Source: Camelus ferus (lineage: Eukaryota). Taken from it: a stretch of 64,000 nucleotides of DNA. Positions 37,725 through 51,300 of the stretch are shown here, one piece after another. The translations under genes were made by a program, and so were the position numbers. The stretch lies in assembly GCF_009834535.1 (NCBI RefSeq), contig NC_045696.1, positions 76,138,001-76,202,000 of the forward strand, in the 5' to 3' direction. The first letter of the stretch is position 1. Every line of letters begins with the position of its first letter. The notes under the pieces are model-generated. The model had not been told where the DNA came from, did no database searches, and was given only the letters and a program-made list of their open reading frames with translations.

Positions 37725-37980
37725 AACAATTTCTAATAGAGGCAAGTTTATAGGAGCAAAAACAGATCAGTTGTTGCTAGACATGAGGCCAACAGTAATA
37801 GCTGACTAGAAAGGGCCTGAAGAATTTACAGGGGGCTAGCGATGGAACTATTCTGTACCTACATATCACTTGTCATTTGTCAAAATTAATATAAATGTCC
37901 ACCAAAAGGATTGAATTTTACTAGACGTAAAATTACGTACTAGACGTAATTTTACTAGACTAGGCGCTTTAAAAAAAAAT
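37725..37980 (+). mobile_element. Old L1ME-like 3' end fragment
   Basis: AAACAGATCAGTTGTTGCTAG..GATGGAACTATTCTGTACCT..CATTTGTCAAAATT..TGAATTTTACT..TAAAATTA. Confidence 0.7.
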
Positions 37981-37989
37981 TCTCGTTTT

Positions 37990-38180
37990 GGCACTTAATG
38001 GCTGAATGATCATGCCCTGACTATTAAATCTTTTTGTGCTTCAGTGACTTTACCTCCAAAGAAAAACAGAAGAACCTTCCTTATAGGAGTATTACAAGGA
38101 TTAAATGAGTTAATGTGAATAAGATACATAGAACAGAGCCTGCCACACCAGAAAGCCTTGGTGAGTAACAGTCACCATCG
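37990..38180 (+). mobile_element. MIR SINE
   Basis: AGGATTAAATGAGTTAATG..TAGAACAGAGCCTGCCACA. Confidence 0.75.
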
Positions 38181-38564
38181 TCACCACCGCCATCCTCATC
38201 GCGCCTGGTCCACGCCAGCTGTAGTGGACGCTGTGGTGCTCTGCCCAGATGCCTTGTCACCCACACACCAGTGCCCCAGACGCTGGCAAGATGGGCTGTT
38301 TTACTCTCCCAGCTGCTTTCCTCACTAGAAACTGCCCTCTACTACATGCCTATCAGCCAGCCACTGTTTCTGGTCCCCAGGGGTAAACTTGGGTTGAGTG
38401 GGGATACAAAGGCCAGCCCCCTTCTTGAAATCTGGGACAGTTCTAAAGGGCCATTTCACCTCCAGAACTCCCAGTAGGATGGATTTTAGCCTCAACTGCA
38501 ACCACGTTGTGGGTCAAACACTGCTCATCTGTGACGCCTCCTTCACAGGCAGTAAACCAAATAA

Positions 38565-38760
38565 GCATACAGACTCTGCAGCCAGACCGCCTGGGCGCAC
38601 TTCCCGACTTGGCTGTGGCCCTGGGGCCTTGGAAGCCACTTACCTCCTCTGTGGCTAGGTCTCCTCACGGGGTTCTGGCAAGGGTAAAATAAGCTAATGA
38701 ATGTAACAGCACTGAACAGTACCTAGCACACAGCAAACACTGCACTAACTGCTGTCATTT
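38565..38760 (+). mobile_element. MIR SINE
   Basis: GGCTGTGGCCCTGGG..CACTTACCTCCTCTGTG..AACAGCACTGAACAGTACCTAGCACACAG. Confidence 0.7.
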
Positions 38761-39149
38761 ACCCAGCTCACAGTGACCCAGCCTTCATCTGAATCTGTGA
38801 CCCTCACTGTCTGATCATTTGTTTTCTCTTAGCTTATTTCACAACATTATTTATACTTTCAATCTATATTCATGTTTGCAATTGCTTTATCTCAGCTAGA
38901 AGTATCAGTCCTTTCCGTTTACAAAATAGGGATTCAGAGAAATTACATGATTTGCTTAAGCTCATACAGCCAGACAGTGTCATGCCAATTTGTTCGCAGA
39001 ACACAGACTTTTCCCATTACACCACATCAGTTATATAAGGAGCTATTGAGAAAGCTGCTCCTTATACATATTTATTTAAGTGTGTGTGCTATGTAAAATA
39101 TAAGCCTTAATAAGAAGACAGTAATTATGTACAAGTTGAAAGAATATTA

Positions 39150-40200
39150 AAGTGTGATAGCCCAACACCTTCTCCCTAATACTGGAAGCCTTCCACATTG
39201 CCAATGGGTCACTGGTTCTCTGGCCTCTGAATATTTTCAGTGATGAGGAAGTCATAGCTTCCCAGGCAGCTTGGTTTTGTGATGCTCTCTCTGTCAGAAG
39301 GGAGCTATATTAAGCCACTTTCTCTAACTACCGCTTTCCCTCATTGGTCCTAGCTCTGCCTGTACAGCCATACAAAATAAAATAAATTCTTCATCCATGT
39401 ACTAGCCCTCCACATAGTTGAAAACAATTATTATATTCGCATTCTTGTTCCCAAGCTAAATAATGGAGATGTCTTCCCCCAATTCTCCCACAAAGCTCTC
39501 CATCTCCTCTCCATCTGATGTGCGTTCCTCTGAAAACACTCCAGTTTTCCAGCATCCTGAGATATAATACCTGAATCCAAACAGAGATTCCCATCTCTGA
39601 GTTGAGCAAGTCAGGAGGAAAAAATGACACTAAAACTGACGTTGATATAAATACTATGCTTTCATTAATTCAGCCAAGAAATCTTAACTATTTTTTGCAA
39701 GTCATGTCCCGCTGGGGACTCACGTGAAACCTACCCTCAACTAGACTCAACAAACATCTGTTCCAAATCTCCTTCCCTATCCCCACCTTATCCTGTCTCT
39801 GCACTGTTTCACTGTGATTATCCACTTAAAATGTGTCTGGTTAGATATAACCCATCATTGCAATATGTCAGGAACATTTTGTCAACTAATCTTCACCTAA
39901 AATATTAACTTCTTCCAACTTGAGTCCATTTGATAATTTCATCAGCCTGCCATTGAGGTCCACCTCGAAAACATTTATGAAAATAATGACCAGCAAAGGG
40001 CAATGACAAAGCCCTCCCTCAAGCATGCTACTGACAACTCATGCCCCCTTGAAGTTCTGTATTCTACCAGTTACAGATCTCACTCAGCGCCTGCTTCCCT
40101 CCACGTTGTTCTCAAAGATGTGATGAGGAACTTCATCAGATGCTGGCCAAAATCTCAGTGCCCTACATTTCTGTCAATCCTGTAATCTCCTGATCTACCA
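39150..40200 (-). mobile_element. CR1/L3 LINE fragment (ancient)
   Basis: CAGTGATGAGGAAGTCATAGCTTCCCAGGCAGC..CATTGGTCCTAGCTCTGCC..CCAAGCTAAATA..ATTAATTCAGCCAAGA resembles the antisense L3 3' region. Confidence 0.65.
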
Positions 40201-40791
40201 ATTCTATTCTTCTGTCTCACAACTAGTTCCAGCTCAGGGACAAAAAGGTATTGAATATTAATGCTCAGAGGCAAATAAGAACCTTTGGGTGCAATTTACA
40301 AGTTCTTCTTCAGATTAAGCCTGCAGACTATGAATTACCCAGAGAGAAGACACAGCCTGTGCACAGAGGTTAATGAGGACAAGACACATCTGAAAAACTA
40401 AAGCAAATTCATATACTAAAAGGAAAAGGTGCAAGAGAAGAGTGTAGAGGTTTGAGGGTGGAGAGAGAGAAAAGGGGACAGACTGTAAGTCATGTTAGGA
40501 ATTTGGACTGTATCCTGAGGGCAGTGGGGAGCCACTGACTGATGTTAACATGAGAGTGACAGGATTGAATTTGTATTTACAAAGATCACAGGAGAAGGCT
40601 GTTCTGGGGACTCCTGCTTTGACAGGGAAGTGGGTATAGTCAACCTCTAAGGTCCTGTCCAGTGCAAGGAGTCTGTAGTTCTATTGCTTAGCTAATCAAG
40701 AAACCCAAAGGAAGGTTAGCTTCTTCTCGGAGGATTTGCGCTTTCCCTGTCCTTATGAAATTGTCTAGACTCATCACTCCCATTAGGTGAG

Positions 40792-40793
<2 letters not shown>

Positions 40794-40833
<40 letters not shown>
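40794..40833. repeat. (GT)20 microsatellite
   Basis: Perfect dinucleotide run. Confidence 0.98.
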
Positions 40834-40835
<2 letters not shown>

Positions 40836-42919
40836 GCGGCAGGGGGCGGGGAGGTGGAGGAGAAGGGAGGTGGAGGAGAAGGAAGCTTACGTCACAATCT
40901 CCTAGCACCGTTGCATACCATAGCAGAATAGGTTCTCACTGTCACTGATGGTTCCTCCAGCTCAGCAAGCAGGCTGCTCAGAGCTGAAACAATCAGTGAG
41001 CCTAATTTATGAGCGGCAAAGTACACAGGCACCAACTACCAATATTGAAAGAATCAAGGGAGTAACAAAAGGTTGACAGATACTTGATTAAAATTTCATT
41101 TTTACCAAGCACCATGCTGTCAAGAAAATTGTAACAGATGATTAGGTGGTAAATTCAGAATTCCTTATGTCACTTGTTAAAAAAAGTTACCCACAACTTG
41201 TAAACAAGGACAAGAGGATGAGTGCACACTGTTTCAAAGTCACACTGAAACAGTGTTTAACAGACCTGTTTGCTCAAGGATCATTTAATTTTCTAAAATA
41301 ACCAACTATTGTTTGACTTGAAAACTTAAAATATAAATTAAAGGCTCAGGTCCTGTGAAGTTACATGTTATCTTGTAGATCTATGTCTGGTACAGAAGCA
41401 GTGTTTTCTGAGAGAAAAAAACAACCTCAAATGTTCAGGTTCCTTGTACTGCTGCTGCTTAACAGTTTGTTTCTAACACAGCAATCTAACGTAACATTCC
41501 TTCATTACATCACCTTATAAACAACCAGCTCCTCAAATGCTCTTTGAACCAGCTTTTTTATTTTATTGTTTTCCTCATTAATTGATGAGTTGGATAATAT
41601 CCTTGGCATGTGTTCATTTCCTATATTTGTATGAAAGTCATGTTTTAACTTTTTGAAAATTATACTTGGACATTCTGAGCAGTAAATAATTTAGTGTAAT
41701 TCTTCACTATACCTAGTCGTTGCTGGATTTTCAGTCTGATTGTTGGGGGAGGTGTTTTTTTTTTTTTTAATAACAGGTCTCTTTTCTTTATCTTGCAATG
41801 GTGACATAAAGTGAACAAGCACTGGGCAGACTTGTACATCCTCACTTCTGACATCCAAGAAAAAGACAGCACAGAATATTTATATCTGAGGCAGAAGGAA
41901 GGCAAACATCTGTCTTTTCCTTTTGGCCACTTCCTTCCTCCATTTTTACCTCTGAAAATTCTCCCAAGGCAAAAAAAAAAAAAAAATTATAGAAATGTTC
42001 AAATTGGGAGGGGATTCTTGTCCATTTGAACAAATGGAATACATGTTTAAAACCAAATCAAAATGCTCCTTACTGCTTTGTCAGTGTGTTGGGGTCTAGA
42101 GTCATCCCTCTTACTCAGTCCTACAGAGTTCTTACACTTAGGGGTTTCTGACCTTGCACAATAAATGTGCATGGAAGCAGGTGCTGGTATAAGACTATTC
42201 ATTTAGTTGTGGTTTTTTATAGATACATGAAACCCAATAAGAAAAATAAAAGACTGAATTATGGAAAATTTTCTAAAAAATCTAACTAGTAGCTGAAAGA
42301 ACCCTAACCTTTTGCTTCATTTCCTATGAAGATTATGCTTTCCAATTAAAATACAGAGTGGCATATGTATTTATGACCATCACTTGAATTTTCCATACAC
42401 TGAGCCTGCTATTTTTCCCTCATGTAAGAAAGCTTTTATCCCCCAACCACCATAAAAAAAAGTACAGAGAGGAAATGAGCAATCCCTGTTCATTACCATC
42501 TTGCTAATTTACAGTTAAATTGCTCTTTTTGTCTAATGTCCTTTAGAATTACTTGGTCTTCTTAAAGTCTGTTGCCTGGGTTCATGTGGCTTTTGAAAAA
42601 TACAATACTGGTTTTAATAACCCAGATTTGAAGTGATTTTGACTGTTAGCATAAATTTCATCTCTTTTTATGCCGGAAGCATTTCCTGTTTCAAAACCAT
42701 TCAGCCTGTAAATATTATGCTGCTCTTTCTCTGGCTTTTACTGGATCTGACAACTTGAGCCGTTGCCATCTAGGTATTAAGTACGGTTCTCAAATGCAAG
42801 ATGTACAGAGGCTGCCTGTTAATATTGCAGTGGGAATCTTTTGTATTAGGTTGGTTTCTGAAAATATCTCTGATGGATGCTGCTAGGCCAAAGAGCCTCC
42901 CACAACTGCAGCTCCAGAC

Positions 42920-43350
42920 AAATCCGGAGTGGATGTTTGTCAGCAGTTGTCTGAGTTCCTGTCGCAGCGCCCACCGATAGGTTGCCCGGCTGAAGGGGTG
43001 GTCTCAGTGGTGGTGGGCGGGGGACGGGAAGCCGTGGAGGGGGCTGGGCTCTGCAAACCGCTGAGCCAGAATCACCCCTGTAGAGAGCCTGATACCCAGT
43101 TCCCCACACCCCACTGAGGAGCTGAGCTGACCACAGAGGAAGGAGGCTAAAAAGGAGCTGGCTGCCTGGCATTTAGTAAATGAGCTGTCCGAAAGTAACT
43201 TGTATAGTGAGGAGAAACAGTTTTCTCTCCTCTCGATTTTCTGTGATTTCATTTATTTACCTAATTACTTCAGCCCCACCTCGTTTCAGAAACGATTCCG
43301 GGAGGCCGGGAGTGACTTAAGCAGTGCTCTACTGAACATGCACCCGGGAA
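42920..43350. promoter_or_regulatory. CpG-enriched, GC-rich patch; candidate promoter or enhancer
   Basis: 16 CpGs counted in about 430 bp against a CpG-poor background. GC box GGGCGGGG near 43014; no repeat recognised. Confidence 0.45.
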
Positions 43351-46300
43351 ACAATTTGCTTCTCTCTGTTCCAGCTCTGTTTTCAGCTTCCAAACAGTGA
43401 AGCAGGAGCACACAAGCTCTCCCAGGCTGAGGCTGCACCCAAGGCAACAGTCACCTCACCTTGAGTAGGGAGGGAGGATGAGGAGAAAGCCAGTTAACCC
43501 CTTCCATGCCCCAGACAACAGCTTCATTTCAGCTGAGATCCAAGAGGGGTTAAAATAAGCAGAGGCTCCATCGTCCTTCCAAATTCATCCTCCTGCCTTG
43601 TTACTCCTGCCCTCCCCGCCTGTCTGGAAGAAAAGGCTGTGGACGCCGCTTCTTTCTAGAGCAGCTTGGCATTCTTACTAAATCAATTAGGAGAGGAGCA
43701 GAAGGTGTGGTCAAAGCAAGCAGCATATCCAACTGCACTTCTCTAAGACACTGGTTGTAAGGAGTTAACTGTTTCCCCTGGACAAGTCTAAAGGAAGCAA
43801 ATTGCCCACTCAGAGAGCACAAATAGAAGGTAATTTGGGCCAATATCTATCATAAGTTAAGAGAGGGCAGGGTGGGTAGGAGAGCTGTTCTGAAGCTGCA
43901 GAAGAGATGATCTTGTTAATCCAGCCAGTGTTAATTAAGACTTCTATGTGCTAGGAGCACAGAACACAAAAATGGCCAGTAACTAGTCCTGGTCCCTGCC
44001 TTTGAAGTGCTCACCATCTAATAGAGTCCAGAGGAACTGCATTTGACTTGGGGTCGTTTTCTAGAGTCAGCTCTTAAGACAAAAACTGAAACAAATCCTC
44101 GGCAAATTTTCTTTTGAAAATCCTTTAAGAAAGGGCTGGGTTTTCCTCCAGTGTTAGCAGTGATTATTCTTTGATCAGGTCCCTAATGGAGCAGTTCCTT
44201 GTCCTGCATTCAGGCTGATAGTATGTGAAAAATAAATATTTAAATACTAGATGCTTCTCCAGCTCAGAGAGATACCCACCAACAAAAGCTTAAGAAACTG
44301 AGATCAGCTAACGCAGCATGAGATTCATGTCTCCCAACTTAAACCCACTCCCCGTTTCAAAAGGCACACACTTTTCCAGTAGAGTTGTCACCTTTTTCTT
44401 GCTTTCCCTCTTTCATGGTCTTTTCATCTGCTTTCTCTCCTCACTTTCTTCCCAGCAACTCCTCCCTTCCTCATTGGTTTACAGGTCAAAATGCATAACT
44501 TAAACACGTACAAGATGTAACTATTCTGGACCTCACTTTAAACAATGTGATAAGTGCTATGACAGAATAAAAGCTGAACGAGAACATTGTAGAAGATGTT
44601 TTAATGGCATATCTAGGAGTTAATCTGTTCTGGCTTAATGAGTTTAGACACCTTAATTCCAAAGGAGCACTGTGATTGAGAACGACCAAGACTCTTTCTA
44701 ACTCATGCATCACCTGGAAGACGGCCAAGGCCATGTTGAGGGTTCCACCCCACCCCCTCCATCACCAAGCAGTTATGGCAGACCACAGGATCACCACCAT
44801 TGTGTGCTGGGAATTCTAGCAAAATGAGTCTTCAGTTATTATAATACTATATTTGAAAAAAACTCATGTTAATTTTTAAAATCCTTTTGGCATAATTCCA
44901 AGATTTGGATGCTTTTGATCTTCTTCATTTAAAACCTACAGTGCTAATAAAACCTCCAAGGAGAGAGGAGAAAATTCTGCCTGGAGGGTAAGAGAAGCCT
45001 TCACAGAATAGGCAAGCTTTGAACTTAACCTTGAAGGAATGGGTTGGAGAGGATTCCAGGTGGGTGGTGGGGCAATTTATTACTGGTGACAGAAAGTTTG
45101 GAACAAAAGCACAGATATATTCTTCTTTTATTACCTGCCTTTACCATTCTCTTATCTCCTCTTTGTCCCCACTCTGCTTGTCCTAATCCCTCTTACCACG
45201 TGCCAGAGGCACATGTCTTCATTCCATGGCCTCTTCCAGGCAAGAGAAGCCCAAACTTCACAGTCCATATTATTTCATCTTCCGGGTTCACCTAGCAAAC
45301 AGTAAAATCATGTGTGCAGCTATTAGCTAAGGTGTTAAAATTAATGCCTACATCTCTTTCGTCAAACTTCCCACAATCTGTTCTCTGCCAATTAATGTTT
45401 TCACTGTGCATATCCCGTAGCACTCTGAAGCTCTAGTACAATGCTCAAGCACGTAATACACTTATTCATAATGTGCTGACCCTTGTTTGTCTCCTCTACC
45501 AGGTACAACTTCTCTTTGGCAATAAGGATGTGTTCAGCTAGCTGAACCAACCTTTTCATAAGTACAGTCTTTCTGTGGGAAAATAGAGAAGAAAGAATAA
45601 TAAGGAGATGCATTGTTTTTATTAATAAGTGATGACATAAGGAAAATATTGGCTTCAGAAATGGACTCTTTCACTAACTTTGTGCTTTCCATGTTTTAAA
45701 TATCCTCTATTTCTATTTTCAGAGTTGTATCTTGATTAAAATGAAAGAGTTAACTATTTCAAATGTAGAACCTATTCAAACAGCTTGATTCCACTCTGCA
45801 AAGCCTTCTGGTTTCCTAATTCATTTTACTCTTGACAAAAACTGACAAACATGATTATTTACAGAAAAATCTAGAAGTTTCTTTAGACATCAAGCAGTCT
45901 TTACTGTGCCACATTTCAATGACTTAAGTGCAAATTTAGAACATATGAATTAAGTTTTCCTTTAAAAACCTAAAGGTTTGAAATGTTATGGCCCTATATT
46001 ATGGTACTCTGACTTTTCCATTGAAAGCAGCCAGACATAAAAATGTTAATGCAGTGTGTACAAAACAAGATCCACCTGGTCTTACCTATTTTTACCTAAA
46101 ATAAATAGATACTTTTAAAAGTTTGTTCTTTAATAACAAATTAGTTGATCAGTAAATTCATTAATCCATCCAATAAACCAGTATGAAATGCCTTTCATAA
46201 GGTTTTATCATACGCTAGCCCTCAGCCTTCTTCTCTCCTAACTGGAAGGGATTAGCCCTCCTTAGCCTTCTTGTTAGCATACATTTTCACCTCTTTAAAT

Positions 46301-47949
46301 GTTATTCTTATTTCTTAATCAGGATCTCTACATTTAAATTGTATAGCTAAAGACTGATTTCAGAACAGTGACCTGATGCCTCTTTTCCAGCAAAATCATT
46401 TTCTGAAACCAACTTTTCAGGATCTATGAAGTCACCCAGAAATTCATGGTCCCTAATTTGAGAAACCAATCTTAGAAATGAAAGGGATGGATTGTTAATG
46501 TAGAAAAAAGTAGTCATATATCCCAGTTCTGGCAAAGATGCAACAATTCTGGCCACCTCATTCATTGTTGGTGGCAGTCAGAATTTATTAAGTTCTTTAG
46601 AATGAGACACCAGGTATCAAGAACTATAAAAATGTCCAATATAATTATATGTTCTGCTCCACGGATGCAGAAGTAACCTGCAAAATTTTTACAAGGATCA
46701 CTGAAGTCAGATTTTACCATGGTGGGCCCTGGCTCTGTCCAGACAACAAAACCTTTCATTGAATTATTATTTCATTGAATTATTTGGAGGGAAGTAAACA
46801 CAGTAGATTACTTCATTCAACAGAAAAGAATAAAGCTGTTCAAATGTTACGTATTAATAGTATTGATTATTTACATTCAGCCTCATTCTCAAAGGGATTT
46901 GAAGTTGCTTTCAGAGATGCATAAAGTATAAAAGCATCTAAAACAATAAAAGAAATCCAGATTAATGAAAAATAAGGATGGGAAAGTAAATGAAGCCTGA
47001 ACCAAGTAGAGGACAACATGGTAGAGACTTAAACTTGGAACTAAGCTTCTTAGAGGCCAAGCAAAAGGAGAAAATATTTGCAGTATCTTTGAAAGAAGCA
47101 AGCTACCTACTGGAAGAACCACAGCCTTGCTTAATACTGAGTCCAGAAAGAAATCTGCCCACAGTCCTGCTGGGAACAGACACTGGACTGTACCCACCAC
47201 AGGCACCTCTTCTGGCGGTAACTGCCCAAGTCACTAAGGGAGCAAAAACCACTCCAGGGCCCAGGAGCCTTAGAATGCCCACCTTCACACAGAGACTGAG
47301 AGACTATGAGTAATATTAGAACTCTGTGTTCTTCGGGAAATAAAGTGCCTTGTCTTCTCTCTGTCCCCGTGTATCCTAAGATGTCCATTTTGTTGAAATG
47401 AAAAGAACCAAGGTACTCTGCAGCCCAGACAGCCTAGGTAGCCATAGGTCTGACCTTTGCATATTAAAGTTAAGAAGTTAAATTTATATCTGATAAGGAA
47501 TATTATTCAAGGATTTGTTTATTTTCTGACTTTAAATGGTAGCGGGAAACATAAGCCTAGGTTGAGAAAAAGTCATCAAGGGATGTTGGAAGTTTCAAAA
47601 AAAGTAAAGATACTTTCAAAAAAGTAGACACTTCACTGGCACAGTCTTTGTTATCTACATATGATTTCCATCAGGAAGCACTGGTATTGTCTAATCTTAA
47701 TGTTAGATCTGTGTCCATTCTCATAAACCCCTCTGCATTGGCCAAAACACGATTAAGAAACTTACGTCCAGTTTGTGATTCTGCTATGTAAAACATGGTT
47801 AAGAAGTAGAAGAGCAGTTTGCTGGTATGAAACAAACGTTACAAGAATGCGGCTACGAGGAAAAGGATTGAGGTCCGAAAGGACTTGGCACAGAGGTGAT
47901 TCTTATCAGTGGAGGACTGTGAGGTGAGACCACAACACCCAGAGGATTT

Positions 47950-48365
47950 AGGCAAACCCAAGTGAAAGTCCCAGTTCAGCCACTGTATTATAGGGCAGCT
48001 CATTTAGTTTATTTTCACCCCAGTTTCCTCATATGTAAGTCATGGGTAATAGTATTTACTCTGTAGGTGTACTGTAAGACTAAAGCAATGAAACATGGAA
48101 AACACTTAGGAATAAGTGCTTAACTCAGGGTGGGAGAGGGTATAGCTCAAAAGCTAGAGTACATGCTTAACATACACAAGGTCTTGGGTTCAATCCCTAG
48201 GACCTCCTCTAAAAAGAAACAAACCTAACTACCTACTCACCACCACCACCAACCCCCTGCCAAAGTAAAATAGTTAAATAGTATAATAATACATAAATAA
48301 AATATTTAAAATCTCTTTTAAAATAAAAGTGTTTAACTCAGTGTATATGGGCTCAGTAAGTAAGA
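47950..48365 (+). mobile_element. MIR interrupted by a tRNA-derived SINE
   Basis: CCCAGTTTCCTCATATGTAA core; the MIR 3' part resumes after 48341. Confidence 0.7.
48129..48326 (+). mobile_element. tRNA-derived SINE (camelid Vic-1-like) with 15-bp TSD
   Basis: Head GGGTATAGCTCAAAAGCTAGAG (A box) and GGGTTCAATCCC (B box), AT-rich tail. TSD AAGTGCTTAACTCAG (48114-48128) / AAGTGTTTAACTCAG (48327-48341). Confidence 0.9.
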
Positions 48366-51300
48366 AAACTGAGGTTTTCTAGAAGAGAATAAGACACAAT
48401 TGCAGTGGAAAAAAAGCTTTGGTATGACTAAATGATAACTTCTAAACTGAGGAGAGGGGGCAATAATGGATTCTGCTTGCTTAATCACAACTGTGTACCA
48501 AGTGCCTCACACCATTCTCAGCACATGGTAGGAGTTCAATAATTTTTTTTTCTTTTTAACTTTTCATTCCCTTCACCTATCTTCTAATGTTAACATCTTA
48601 TATCACCATAATCCAGTTATCAAAATAAGAAATCAAATATTTTTGAATGAATATCAAATATATATTTTTAAATGATCAAAATAAGAATATTATCCATATG
48701 TCTGGGATATCCTTGAGGAAACACAGGAATATGAAGTTCCTTAGAGTTTTACACTAAGTATCAGAATTCCAAAATTATTTTGGGGAGGAAAAAAACAATT
48801 GATTTATTTAAAGTGACCGATTTAAAACAGACCTACTGAGGTGGACCTGCATAACTATTACATATAAAGTACATTTACTCCTAGTTGATCCTTTTCATTC
48901 ATCAGTGTTGCAATCAAGATTCACGGTGAAGAAATGAACTTCAGCTTATTGAGCAAACCAGGATTTACAACAAAATATGCAGGTACAAATTATGTAGAAC
49001 ATGAGTTATTCTTTCCATCGTGAGAAAAGGACATTTTTCATATCATAACTCTTTGTTATGAATATCTTTATGTAACACATAGACATTTATCACACCCCCA
49101 CCAATTTCATGAAGAGACAGTATGTCAGGGAGTTACCTAATTTGTGTCAAGGACAAGGAAAAGATGTGTCAAAAACAGCATTTTTTCCACCCCAATGACA
49201 GGTTAGCACTCCAGCTGTTACTGATCCATTGGAATTTCCTGCTTCCTCTTTCTTTGAAATGTTTTCTTTCTGTTGAATAAATTGGAGTCAGCGGGGTGGG
49301 AGGACATGACAGTTCAGGACAACAGATGGCATCAGAAGTAACTGTCCTTGGTACATTGTGGATATAGTAAAATTTGTTTACAGACTCAATAGGACCAGAT
49401 TTTTTTAAGGATTCACAATAACAATCAGAATTTAAAATAAGACTTTGATCATCATACAGAATAAAGGATGATCAGTTTTACTATCACATGGTATTTTTTT
49501 AAATGTTTTGACCATGAATGAGATGAAGGGTAGCTTTCTGTTAACCAAGATAAACATTTCCAGGCATTCCAGATAAATAGACGTTTCATCTGTGTGTCTT
49601 TTCTCTTCTCCCCATTTGTTCTTCCTCCTCTTCCACTTGGCTTTTCTTTTCCTTCTGTGAGGTGATTTTCATTGTTCCCACTGCCCCAGATCCTCTGTAG
49701 AGACATCTCGATTATTGCTGAAAACTCTAATAAACACTGGTCCACAGGTAATGTGCTCAGGAGAGGTGAGGATGAGCTTGAGCTGTTCTCCACTGAGCCC
49801 AGAATAGGAGAACAAACACTGCACTGGGAAAAAGAAGAGCTGGGAATAGCATCCTTTCGTACTCACTTGTTATGAAATTATGGACAACTGTTTAAAAGTC
49901 TTGAAGTACTAGTTGCTTTTTCTTAAAATTAGGATATTAATATCTCCTCTGACTGAAGCTTACCTCTTGACATGTTTATAGTTCTAGTTAGAAAGGATTC
50001 CCCCTACCCTATTTTTTGCGCTGATTTTGACCTAAAACTGCCCTGTGAAGCCAACAAGCAGTGAGCCAGTGATCAGTCACTTTAGTTGTCATCCAGTTAA
50101 CCATATGTTTCCAGAAACATACTTTTTATTCAAAGACTTTTTAAATGAGTATCTAATGGTGTCCCAGGTATGTGGAATTCATTTCCTTTGAGTGACTCTT
50201 CAGTACTTCGCCCGTTTTAGAAGAAAAAAAAATTTTTTTCTCTCTCATGGATATTTTCTCTTTTGCATAAATTCTATCCCTCAATCAGATATGTGTGCTT
50301 TAACATTCTGAAAGAAAACATTTTTTAACATACTTTACATAGGTGCTGTCCAATTATTAATCTGGCAGAAAGTCTTTCAGGACAAACAGGAATTGAGCCT
50401 CTAACACTAGACAACTATTTGGAGAGTACCTAATGCTGCTCTGTGAAGATAGTCCACAAATTTGAAACATAGTTCCTAATTTCAAAAAATCTATAACTCA
50501 TTGTGGAAATAATATTGGACTTTAGAATGAAAAAGTTCATCATTTTACAGATGGAAATAGGAAATAATTCACTGTCCAGAGAACAAAACAGAGAAAAGGA
50601 TGGTTTGGCCATCAGCAAAATAAAGTCCCTTCTCTACCTTCTAGAACTGGCAAAGACAGACTGACTTATGTTCGGAAAAGTCCAAATAAGTATCCAACAA
50701 TGACATTTTACAGAAAAGATTATCAGTAACGCAATGGTAGAGCATCTTAGCATAAGCCTTAAGTTAAGTAGCTGGCTGGAGGCATCTTAAAAACAAACCA
50801 CCAAAAAAAAAAAAAAAAGCAGAGTTCCTCAGTTTCCTCAGAGGGGACCTGCTGTATGCATATGATGCATATAATGGAGGAAGGGGTGCAGCAGACACTC
50901 TGATGCAGAGGCACCAAAGGGATCTTAGATCAACACATTCAGGCAAGTCTTGTGACAGCTGTGGGGCTGTGACTCCTGAACCATAAAATTACAAAAGAAG
51001 ATATGAGAGTGGAAAGGTTTATTTTGGTTTGTTTGTTTGTTTTTGTTTTTGTTTTTGTTTTGCAGAGGGGAGGGGGTTTATTGGGTTTTGTTTTTCTCAG
51101 ATATGGCTGGCTCTCAATATGAGATACAGCCAATTCATGATGAATTTATGTGTTATATGGTATTTTCTGTTAATTAAATTCTTTATTATAACTTTTCTAA
51201 AATATGCTTGTGGTGTATTTTTTTTTTTTATTCCCAGTAATGCAAGAAGAAAACCATGCCAACATGTGGCAATTTCCCATGGAAGCAATTATCCGTGGGT

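Noticed and set aside
38636..38655. Strong minus-strand donor GAG|GTAAGT
   Set aside because: Falls inside a MIR core with no matching acceptor.
48129..48210. tRNA-like sequence (also at 51861-51906)
   Set aside because: SINE heads with TSDs and AT-rich tails; no intact cloverleaf.
49452..49875. Cluster of three ORFs of 65-113 aa
   Set aside because: No homology I can recognise and no consistent exon boundaries.
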